A stretch of DNA of 64,000 nt, from positions 811,294 to 875,293 of the forward strand of contig NMRA01000041.1 of NCBI GenBank assembly GCA_002633005.1. The letters are read 5' to 3'. Shown in pieces: positions 26,501-38,400 of the stretch. The position numbers were made by a program, and so were the translations under genes. This stretch comes from Phoronis australis. Its lineage: Eukaryota; Animalia; Phoronida. The notes beneath the pieces were generated by a model. The model had not been told where the DNA came from. It saw only the letters and a program-made list of their open reading frames with translations, and searched no databases. Within the stretch, counting starts at the first letter, position 1. Each line of letters begins with the position of its first letter.

Positions 26501-28902
26501 GAGCACGTACTCAGTTTTCGAGTGTACTCGAACTGAAGTGTATCTCATCTATATTTCGAGTACGATTTTGAGTAAAAATTNTGTAAGAAATTCACACACT
26601 GTCAGACTAAAGTATCGGCGGTACGAATTTTACCCGGTCAACTTGGCCAAGTGACCATGCGTGTAGGTGATAGGATCGTGCATACTATTAGAGTACGCTT
26701 TGTGTTACTGACAGTGTTTTAAAAACCACCGACGACTACCACGTTGAACGTGTGTGGTGGTGCCGACTACACCATAGCGTACGTAACAAGACCCTTGACG
26801 TGAATGGCTATATCTGACAGCTGCGACGGAGAATTCTTAAAAAGTTGTGTGCGAATGCCTTAAAATAGACCAGTCGATCACAAACAACAGTTATCAGTTA
26901 TTTTGGTACAGTGGCCAGCATAGTGAAGTGCAGTTTTTTTTTTGAATTTCGAATTGAAAGTGATCGTCGAAGATGTTCACCCAATGCACGCTTCCTGGTT
27001 GTGGATTGACATGCAGGTGTTGTGTGCGTTTCCACTGAAATTCAGTACACCATGACTTAACTTCAATAGGCAACTGCAACGACAACGCGCCATTAAAGCG
27101 GATCGTGGTAAATTTAAAACTTACAAATGCTCTATTTATTACCCCCAAGCAGACACTGATTACAGAACGGGGAACTGTGGATGATCATCCTTCAACGGCC
27201 CTCTACCCGTGGCCCGCCCGACGCCGGCCTTCTGCAGCGCAGCCGGCGGTGATCCTCGACGCAGCCGCAGCGAATGCCTTGCAGCCTACTACGAGATTTG
27301 GCGAGTTATAATAAAATGATAAAATCCCAGCAACACAACGGACTTTGTTGTTTTTGTATCTCTGGTCAAAAACGAAGTTTGTCCTATCCAGTGATTATCC
27401 CAAAAATTCGGTCATGAAACGGACACTGTCCCTATAACCACTTTTTTATGCATCAAAATTTCATAGCGGCAGTATTAGATATCATTAGTAGGCCTACAAC
27501 AAATTTTGTTAGTCGGGACGGGATTGTTGACATTACGTTGGATTGCGTTTTTAAGTTCGTCCGTCGCCATTACTCCGCGCCCGGCCTTTGTGATTATTTT
27601 TCCTTTCTCTTTGGCAATTTCGAAATTATAGCACTTTGCTTACCTTTCTTTTTTCGTGTTGTGGCATTGACAGTGAGTTAAGTCAATATCTTTTATGATA
27701 TATCACACAAATGGCAAAAGCAGCACAAACAGATCACGTCTTCACTGTAAGGAAGCTTTATTCAAACTCATTGCGACCATAAACTTGTGACGTCATGCTT
27801 AGTCGTTTTACTTTGATGTAATCAACGATGAATATGAAACAAAATAAATAATAAACAAACAAAAAATAGGAGATAGTAAAAGTGCAAGACAGCATGGTTA
27901 AATAAAAATAATTGCTATATAAATAATAAATAGTACTTAATTAAAGTACAAGACATGTTCCTGCTTCAATAATATATAGAGACTTGACTCAAGTGTGCTC
28001 CGGTGGTACCAGAACCTGCAACTTCGGAGTGACTCATATCCCATAACGCCACACTGCCTCCTCGTGCAAACGTTTCGCCTTTTTACAGTGATAAAACCAA
28101 AGACAAAATCTTGTGAACAAAGCTAAGCTATTCGCAGTAGTACCTCAGTTTTACTTGTAAATTCTGAGATAACATAATCACATAATCTACTAAAATGTTA
28201 CTGAAAACATACTTGACGTCACGCGTTGTCACACTTACACATTTCATTGACTTCATTCATGTACAATAAAAGAGTGACATATTATCAACGAGTGGTCGTA
28301 AAACCGTTGCTGCTATCGTTGGCGTTACTGCTGCTACGGCGGCGTTGGTGTTGCCGCCACCGCCGCGGATGCTGATGCGTGTTAAAGTTCGCGTTGCTGT
28401 CTTCTTGTAGCGCATTGGTCAGATCTAACAAAATCAAAATATCAATCATAACTTTTCCAGCGCATGACTTTCATGAGTTATCCAGTTGCTGCTGCCGATG
28501 TCGCAGCTAGACGTCCTTGCTACTAAAGTTGTAGCTTTACTGTTGCTGTTGCACCTTTGCTGTTACCGCCGATGCTGTTGCTGCAGCGTCTTAAATTAAA
28601 GTCCTCGGTACGTTCTTCTTTCCACGTACGGTTTTCTAACAATTCTAACAAAATAAAAATATCGTGGGTTGAGTGCTACTGCTGCTGCCGCTGTCTTGCA
28701 GTTAGACGTCCTTGTTGCTATAGTAGCGGCTTTGCTGTTGCTGCAGCGGCGTTGCTCTTGCTGCCGCCCCCAATGCTGTTGCGTTTTAAAGTCCTCGTTA
28801 CTTTTTTCTTGTCGCGCATTGGTTCACTACCTTTATGCTGCCGTTGTTGCAGTTAGAACCGGTCCTTGTTGCTAATAGTTCTGGCTATGAGAACAGAAAG
28901 TG

Positions 28903-29852
28903 TCAATCACTTTTCCATGGCGAAACAATCATGATATAATTCCGTAATGATCCTCCGCACGTTTCGTTTACATTTCCAAAACATTTAGTTTTACATTGAG
29001 ATTCTCTGGCCTTGCCGCCACTGGTACCGTATTGATTGCCACACCAACATTCTTTGCCGTTCTGAGCTGCAGCATATTTGTATGACTTCTTACTACATTC
29101 GTAGTGGCAACGGTCACGTGTAACTTTTTTGGAAAACAATACCAGTTTGGGTAAGTCCCTCTTCCTAAATTTGTCTACGTAACATCCAGGATCTGCAAAA
29201 GAGTGCCACAGAGCATTAACCATATTTAGTCAAGACATGCACACGTGCGAGGACGCGTACAAATTGGTTAGGAGCCGCAACGACAGGTCAATCAATGATC
29301 AAAAGTCAAGATTTATGTACCTTCAAATGGGCCTGATGAAGCGACAATTGATTTGATAAACCTAAACCCTCGCTTAGTTTATGACTGGCAACTTTTCTTA
29401 CGAGTCTATGGTTCATAAACCCATAATGTGCACCAATTTTAATATGTATTGTTCTGACGCAAAGCAATTGAAAGGTTGAATTCGAAGAATTCTGTCGAAA
29501 TATTTTTATTACCTGTACAGCTGCCGGCGTTTTTCCCCGTTTGCTCAAAATATTCCCAATCTTCATTATGTTCAAATTCACTCGCTTTGACATCGTTAAG
29601 ACAAACTTTCTGGCATAGTTTATATCTCTCAGAGAAGCCGAAGGCGTCACACATCTCGTCTCGGCGACAATCAAGTGTGCAAGCCAGAGCTGACGAATTT
29701 GCAATGATTGTCGTAAATTGATTCGTAATGCGCCTCTTTTTGATCATCTCATAATTGGGTCCGCAACTTTGCGAGCTCATCACAGACTGTGTCATTAGAA
29801 CCGAAATCAGGAAGGCGACACTAGTTTTGCATGACGAAGCCATGAGAAACAT
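28903..29852 (-). CDS. Secreted PAN/apple-like + WSC domain protein, paralog A (exons 29852-29513, 29192-28903), ~209 aa
   Basis: Exon 1 encodes a hydrophobic signal peptide (MFLMASSCKTSVAFLISVLMTQSVMS) and then C...CxxxCxxxxxCxxFxF...C...WxYF, a PAN/apple-like pattern. A phase-1 GT-AG intron of 320 nt follows. Exon 2 reads GCYVD...RDL...T...C...C....YKYAAAQNGKECWCG...C...C.G...ETCGG, the 8-Cys WSC consensus. Confidence 0.88.
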
Positions 29853-29904
29853 TGTGATGCGTCACTTTTCAAGGGTCACGATTCTGTCAAAATGCACGTA
29901 ATGA

Positions 29905-29985
29905 CGATAGAAATATAAGAGCACGTCACGTAATATGACAATGACACAAAGAAGAGCCACTATCCAATTAGAACTCTGATAAGTT
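29905..29985 (-). promoter_or_regulatory. Putative core promoter of PAN-WSC paralog A (conserved upstream of paralog C at ~50140-50215)
   Basis: On the minus strand, TTATATTTCTA (A) and TATATATTTCTA (C) lie ~60 nt upstream of the ATG. A CCAAT and a GATAA occur at equivalent positions in both copies. Paralog A also has TTACGTGACGTG, bZIP-type sites. Confidence 0.45.
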
Positions 29986-32900
29986 ATAATTAACCTTTAA
30001 AATCACGTCTGTATTATGTACTTAATCATGCGTTCCTGGAACAAAATTCAAAGCAAATATCGCAACAAAAGAAGTATTCCATTAAGCACTTACAGAGGAA
30101 CAAATCGATGATAGACGCCGAACGCCATATTTGCGTATACAAATGTACTTCCGAACCTTGAAAAAACGTACATGTCTTAGTCCAGCATAATCATAAAATG
30201 GTAAACCAGAAATCTGAGGTATACATCGAAACCAGACCTGCAATACATTTTTGGTTGTTGAAATTACTATGATATCATTTATCATTCAATCACTATTTTT
30301 ATACGTTATAACTGATCTTGTAACAAAAACACAATTACATTTGATATCGGGAGTGAACGATTAGGCCTACTCTCGTGACCTTTTGATAACTGTCTTGAAT
30401 ACGATGATGTATGATTGGTTAAGACAAGTCTAACGAGCTCTTAATTCCAGCGAATCAGGAGGGGGAGGGGGAATGTAAATCCAACTATCTAGTCCCCCCG
30501 TCTTGTCCTACAAATGATCAAAGCTAACGAAAACCGAGAGATAGTTTTTCAACCAGCTTGGGACACAGATCAACTATTGACGAAGCATGAACCAAGGACA
30601 GTGCTTTCGTGATAAAAAAGCATATGGTATGGTGGAAATGTGTGTCAAATAAATTCAATAACAACTATATGTTGCGAATTAAATTAACAATCAAACTATG
30701 CGGGAAAGCGAGTAGATTATTGGCGGAAAAGGGAACTCGTTGAGAACTCCAGACTCGAGTATTCATATTCCTAACATTAGACCATTAGTGGTCAGTAAAG
30801 AAATTTACGTTGTCAAATCGCATTTGCGCTACGCCATAAGTTATCATCGCATCTAATCATGTCAACGAACTTCTAGTCCAGTGTAAAGAAATACAGCTCC
30901 AATCTCGGTACCAAACTCTCGGAATCTCTGAATGAAGCTTACTTCTTTATTGCACAACACTTTCCGTGCTGAAGATTTCACGATTTTCTCAACTCTAAAA
31001 ATCTGTTAAATGGACTAGGGCGTTGTGTATGCTGTACAACCGTCCTGCTACAAGACACAAATGCTAATCTTCTAAAGGAGAATCTTGTGCCGAATGGACT
31101 CATCAAAACAGTTCCTTGCACATTAGTGTGGGGGCAACGACGATTTTACTGAAGCTCAGTCTGTGTTGTGGCACTACACACAACACCAACAGAATTATTG
31201 TCCAACAAATAACAGAATTTGAGCCGATGTGCAAAGTGCAAGGATGTCATTACCTAAAGAGAAACGGACATCGCGTGAACCCACAAGCAGTAGGGATTGA
31301 ACCATTGTGTTCAAAGCAAAAAGTTGAACCAAATAGATAGGATTGTTTTGAAATAGCTTTTCTAGATTATTTTATCTCATTTTTGCTTTTAGTTTTTCTT
31401 TCTGCTTGAGTAGCAAACACAAAAACAGTCTCACTTTATGTTTATTCCATGAATTTAGCAATTTAGCAATTATTTAACATTGTTAACCGATTTTATTCTC
31501 GTTGTGTAGCTCATTCTTAGAAAATTGTTAGTTCCACATATTGCCAAAAGGAGGCACACTTTTTCTGTCAATATCCTTTTTTAATTACACAGCTTATTTC
31601 AATTGCATGTTTACAAGAAGAGTGTCTTTTTCACTCAACCAAATGTAAACTTTTCCTATGTATAACCTTTTGGTTAAATAGTCCGTATTGTTGAAATGAT
31701 TTGCTGTTGGAGAATAATAAAATATATCGAAATGTTAGATCAAACCACTCTCATTTTAGAATACATTTTCGGATTTTACGTGTTTCTGTTCTTTATTCCG
31801 TTTTCTGGTTTTGATACAAATGGATTTTACATTGCTCTTTTGAATATCTTTTGTTTTCCCGCATTTTCAGATTAATTTACAACGCCATCCTTTCGCTATT
31901 TTTTCCTTTACGTGTTTCAGTTGGGATTCCAAATATCAAAGACTTGTAAGCAAAACGTCGGCATTCTCAAAGATTCACGAATGCGGAAGTTGGCATGAAT
32001 TTTACTGATCAGTGTGAATCTACACTTTATCAAAATGTCACATTTTCTGTTTTTTTATTGTTGTTCCAAAATTTAAGCCCCCGGCTGTTGATAAGCAGCA
32101 TTTTTACACTCGTACGATCAGTATATACCGTACGCAAATATACATGCACCCGAGTGTAAATGTCAATTTGCATCGTGTTCTTTAAGGGAATACAATAGCG
32201 GCATTTGCACTAAATTTTCTATCGAGTTTGAAGAGAACAAGCGGCATAAGCGAAGTTTCTGGTAAAGGCAATACTCTTCCGGTATAACTGCTTTGGAACT
32301 GGACAGTTCAGAGGTCAAGGTATCCCCCATGGTATTGCTCTTAGAACTAGCTAGCAAACGATAACTATGGCCAAGAAAACTGATGACCTGGTAGCAGATG
32401 ACAGTGTACTCGTTTTGCCAGAGATTGCTCTGATGCATTATGCTAAAAACTAAGACAATACGCATGTTAGAAAGTCGCTGGAGCCTGACATACGATTTAG
32501 AAAAGGAGTATAGCACTTCGTAAACTTTCTGGGGCTCGGAAAGCAACGATTTTTTATTCAAAAATGCAGACTAAATGTTATCAGTCAAAGCTGATTACAT
32601 AATACGCGTAAGATTTCCATTATGCGATATTTTTTTAACCATAAACTTGGGATTTTCCAATTGCGCCTTTGGTATCGATGGAAGTTACATATCAATTATT
32701 GCGCCCCACATATTGTTTGCGATTTTCATACAAAAAATGCACGTGTGCAAATTTACATTTTTTCTACCTCAAAAGGTACGTAAATATACACCCAGCAGTA
32801 GATTTAATTGTGTTTACTTGACAAAAATACCAACTGTATGTAAAATTCTCGGGTACGAATAAACACTCTGGTGTAAATAGCAACAAATACATTGAGCTCA

Positions 32901-35404
32901 CTAGATTTATAACTGTTTACATCATAATATTTTGTGTTTGTCCATCAAGTTTAGAGCTGTACAAAATTATTACTTATGTGAGCTCGACGCTTAGCTAAAC
33001 GCCAAGTTGCATTTGGCGACATGCCAAAAATCTGAGGTCGCTTAACGAAATCCAAGGTTGCCAAAAACTGAACATGTTCGGCGCTGACTAATCCTGAGGT
33101 TCCTTAGTCGGCGTGAACTTTCATCCAATAAAAAAGAAAAAAGCCCACTGCCTGTAGTGGCACGTAATCTTCTCCTTGCACTCCTCTACTTCCCTCATAT
33201 TGTACGTGCGTTCATGCCTGACTCAATTATTCCTAGTATCCCTCTGACGAACGTGGGGCGAGCAGCATAGGACGCATACTAATCCTGAGGATTCTTATTG
33301 GGCAGGTGACACGAATTTTGCCGATCTTGCTGAATTTTACCGAACAAGTCCGACTTCTGTCTGTTTACGTCCTGTTGTAATTTAAACGTGGTGGCAAATG
33401 CGCCGACTTCACGAAATAAACGAAACAGTTGTGAATCAAAGTTAATAATTCTACGAAAACTGTTAGTAATTTAAAGTTCAGAAGTCAACAAGAACCTTGG
33501 AACGAATTTAGAGGGAATAATTGTCTGACTTCGGATACTCGCAGTGGCGACCTCATGGCGACTTGGAATTCTTACCAGGTCGCCAAACACTATCTGAGGT
33601 CGCATTGGCGCTGCATGTGTTTTTTATATTATTACTGACTGCAGTGATAATGTACGTTAAATGCTACTTTATATAGATATCTACATGTAGTTACACTGTC
33701 TTAAAATGAAGAAAAAATAAAATTTTGTATCAAGACCTTTTGTCTTTTATTCCTTTCGTCATTTCTCTCTACACCAATTCACGGATTTCTACATCAAGAA
33801 TAGTATAATTGAAATACAACGAGGTTTGATATCATTTCATCAGAACCATCGCAAACATTAAGACTGGCCTGTGCGCTACCTGTTGGCCGCATCTAACATA
33901 CAGATTTGAATTTGCCATGAAAATGTAAAGTACTTTCGACCAACTGTTACATGATAACCAACGATGGGAAGCTTGTGATTACTAAGGAGAGAGTATGGCG
34001 AAACAATGCGTTTTCGTGTGACTTCCAAGGGCGTGTTTTGGTTTATTGTTAAGTTTGTCTAAATTGAGACAATATTTATTGTATGAAACCAACAGACCAT
34101 TGATCAGTAGTCCACAAATCCAGAAACTCCAAGGCATTGTACATGTATCTGGGTCTAAAGCGTAAAATCGTGTCACCATCACTTGACAACGTCAACCGCC
34201 AAACAGAAAATAACACAATGCACTATTAAACAATGTGACAGTGTTGCAATGTGTATGACCGATTACTTTCCGTTCTCGTGTTTCGGTGTTCTTTTTTATG
34301 GTGACACTACCGTGGTTTAATTTCCACTTCCTGTTGAACAACACAAGTTAAAAGTCTACATTGTTACTTTTCATTTCTTACATGTTGTGTACTATTCTCT
34401 TTAAAAGGAAACCAAACCCGCTTTTGGCGTATTCACAGATACTATAAACGACCTTCCCATGCAGTTCTTTGAAACAAGATAATTCTCTGTAACCCTCGAC
34501 AACCCTCAAACGTTTGGAGACAAATTTGCAAAGTCTGCTAAACGGACAAGCGTGACTTACATGTACGCTTTTAGCTGATTTTACGGCACCCACCAAGGAC
34601 CACAATATCCATTTTGTGAGATAGGAGGATGAGCTTTTAATTGATTCCTGCTTTTAATTTGGAAGATTGACGCCAATGATGCATTACTGTAGCAGCTGTG
34701 GACAGAACGAAGACTGGTTGAAATCATCAAAACAGGGTTTGGTATCCTTTTAACTAGTCACAAAGTAGCCAGAGCACAGAAAGATCATGTTTTCATTGTT
34801 ACGAAGCTTTATTCAAACTCGTCGCATTATCGGAAACACATTGTACAGTCATTGTTTGAAATAATAATTTTAACATAAATATGGAAATCGTAAATTCTGC
34901 ACGGAACTGAAGGTTCTGGGTTCGAGTCCCGGTTGGGGCAGAACTCTTTTCAGACATATATTCGTTATGCCATGTGATGTGGCCACAGCAGGCGTGCCGA
35001 CCAGACTTAAAATATTTGTAAAATAATTCTGATGTTTCATCAATTTCAGAACATTTGCAACAACATTAACCTATCATAACCTAACGAAATCAGCCATTCA
35101 GATCGCCATAACATAATGAAATAAGCCATTAAGACCGTCATATATTTTGTTAAGGGGTTTCCCATTCCCTCGGATTTCTCGATTCTTGCCACATTTTTGC
35201 TAGGTCAGTCTAAATGTAACTTTTCGTTAGATGTTCCAGTTAAGAAGCCAAAGGCAGAATTTTGAACAAAGCTAAACCATTATTATAATTAGCTACTCAA
35301 TCTCACAAGTACATGTCAATTGTGTTACAATAATTCTCTAAAATGCTGTAGCTGTAATTCTGTTTTGGCATTGAACTCATTTGGCTTCAATAATAAAAAA
35401 AATG

Positions 35405-38400
35405 TCAGTTATTGTTCCATGGAATAGTTTTCATGATATAATTTCGTTCTAACCCCCCGCATGTTTCCTCTGAATCTCCTGAACACTTAGAGCGACACTG
35501 AGATTCCAGAGCCTTGCCATGGTCACCGTATCGGTTACCGCACCAACATTCGTCGCCGTTCTGGACTGCTGCATACTTGAATGACCTCTGACTACATTCG
35601 GACCGGCAACGTTCACGTGTGACGTTATTGGTAGACTTGGTGACCAAAATGGAAAAGTCTCTTTTGCAAGAACTGTCAACGTAACATCCGGGATCTGCGA
35701 AAGAGAAAAAAAGAAACAAATTGTTGAGGATTTAATTAACTAATCAAATCGCGCAGACACTCATTTGCATATTTTAAATTTAAAGATGTTGCATGACATG
35801 ACCTTCGACCCCTTAAACAAATGGCCACAGTACAAGCCATTGGACTTTTACGATGTAATATTCAACCCCTTCGCTTTATTTGTGACCATTTCCCCCCTTT
35901 GGCAACGTGATAAATTTTGAGTTGAAGTGAAATGTGTTTGGCAGACTTACGAATCTCCAAACTAAATGCATTGACGCAAACCTTAGTATGGCAGGTTTAG
36001 TAGGACTGCCATTAGACAAGATCGAAGCAAGTCTGTTGAAAGAATTATTTCTAAGAATTATGACAAAATAGTTAAAATGCCCATTCGCCATATATAAGTT
36101 ATAGTTTTATGATTTCTCAATCACTATCGTTTAACTTCCACAGTCGTGTCTGGCATGTCGCAACATTCAAGTACGAAAAAAATGAACAACTGGTTTGAAA
36201 AGCTGGACTCAGGATAAAAAGCGGGACATTTGGATCTAAGCCAAAACTTAATGTTCGCTGCAAAATACAGAGACGTACCGACAGCGTTTTTTGTCGAACG
36301 GGAAATGCAACACCTAAAAATGCTCGATAGCGTGTTTTGTTTGTGGTTTTTTAAGGTTGAATGGGAAATTGCCGTTTTTTCGTTCTTGAATGTTGATCGT
36401 AACAATTATGGAACGTGTTCGAAATAACATTGCCTCTTTTTATGAATATTGTTACTTCCAGAATCCACTTTCTTTAGTAACATAACAATCGTAAAATGTG
36501 TTACAGTGTCTCCCGTTTACGGTAACATACATTACATGTATCAGGATCACTGTCTAACTTTTACTTTCTGAAGAAATGAGTTTATTTCTAAGTTTTTATG
36601 GGAAGTCCTGAACTGCACCAGTGTGATGAGCTATCCACGGTTCAAAGCTACATGATGGATGTTTACCTACTTTTTATCAGAAAACCTTGATCTGCAAATA
36701 TTTGGAGTAGTTTATAGCATTTTTCGTAAAAGTCACTGCATTCTGAATTGTTACTGAAGAATGTAATTGTATCGATCGGCACCAAAGGTCCAACTAATTA
36801 TAACATATAAAGATATCTAATTTTGGATGAATGCCTGACTAAACTATCCACACTAAGTGTGAGGGTCGGGATCCGTATTCTAAAACCTTTGTCATTATAA
36901 AGTAGAAATCTTTTGAATCATTGAAATTATTTCCCTAATAGCTTAACTAGTAATTCATTTTACCTCTCTCGTTCATTTACTTTTTATGCGCCCGTCCGTC
37001 CGGCGTCCGCTGCTTTATCTCCAAAACACCTTGACGTATGTTCATGAAATTTTGCACATGTGTTTCTTCCGTAGATGGAACGACATGAGCGAACTTTCGT
37101 ACGGATCGGACTACCGGTGTCCCCCCTATTTTCATTTTTATTTTTTTTACGTTTCCCTCTGTATCTTCAAAAGTCCTCAACGGATTTTCATAAAATTTGG
37201 TATATAGGCACTTATTAGTGAGATGAGGCTATCTTCCCCTTTTAGGATGGATTCGACGCAGTTTGCGCCATCTAGTGGCCATTTTTACTGTTTTCGAGTC
37301 TGTGTTTTTGCGTCCACCCCTCTATCAACCAAACCGCTCAAAGAATGATTGTGAAAATTGGCATGTATGTTTTGACTATGAAGTGGGCGGCTGGCGATGA
37401 TTTTCCGACGACTTCGACTACTGTGGCGCCTCCTAGTGGCAGTTTTTTGCGCCTATGGCTGTATCTCCTAAACCGTTCGAAGGATCTTCACTTAATTTAG
37501 TAAGTGTATTTATATGGTGTTAACAACGGAGGACGGCGACTTTAGGACAGATCTGACTACTGGTGTGCCACCAAGTGGCATTTTTTTACGTTTACCGCTG
37601 TATGTTCAAAGGTCCTCCACGCATTTTCATAAAATTTGACATACAGAAGCATCTGTTAATGAGGTGACGCCATCTCTCCGTTTTCAGATGGATTCGACCT
37701 AGTTTGCGCCACCTAGTGGCCATTTTTACTTTTTTCGAGTCTGTTTTTGGCGTCCACTCGTCTATCAACCAAACCGCTTTCAGGATAATTGTGATAATTG
37801 GCATGTGTGTTTTTACTATAAAGTGGACGGCTGAAGATGATTTTCCGACGGCTTTGACTACTATGGCGCCTCCTAGTGTCAGTTTGTTTGCGATCATGGC
37901 TGTATCTCCTAAACCGTTTGCAGGATCTTTACTTAATTTAGCAAGTGTATTTATATGATGTTGACAACGAACGACGACGACTTTCAGACGGGTCTGACTA
38001 CTGGTGTGCCCCTATCGGCAATTTTAGTTTTTTACGTTTACCAGTCTCTATCTTCGAAGGTCCTCAACAGATTTTCATAAAATTTTGAACATAGGCATCT
38101 ACTATCCTCCTGTTTTTGGATGAAATCGAGGTATTTTGCACCACCTAGTGGCCATTTTTTGCTGTTTTCAAATCTTGTTTTTGGCATCCACCCCTCTATC
38201 AACCAAACCATTTTAGGGATGGTTTTGAAAATTGGCGTACTCGATTATTTTCGGTGTCAAGAGGACGTTTGATGATGGCGCCTGACTAGTGTGGCGCTTA
38301 AGTCCTAGTGGTAGTTGTGTTTTGTTTTGCGCCCATATCTGTATCTCCTAAACCCACGGCAGGATCTTCATTAAATGTAGAAAGTGTATTTATATGAAGA

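Noticed and set aside
26247-26654. 135-aa ORF
   Set aside because: It runs through an ACTCGA-rich MITE-like repeat and across an N, with no domain signal.
31110-31300. Possible SGNH-esterase relic of a LINE ORF1 (HISVG(G)ND ... NGHRVN)
   Set aside because: It needs a frameshift and motif substitutions, too weak to call without an HMM search.
34900-34942. tRNA-like B-box/T-arm (GGGTTCGAGTCCC); similar pieces near 4310, 41390 and 56790
   Set aside because: No complete cloverleaf or acceptor stem; most likely SINE remnants.
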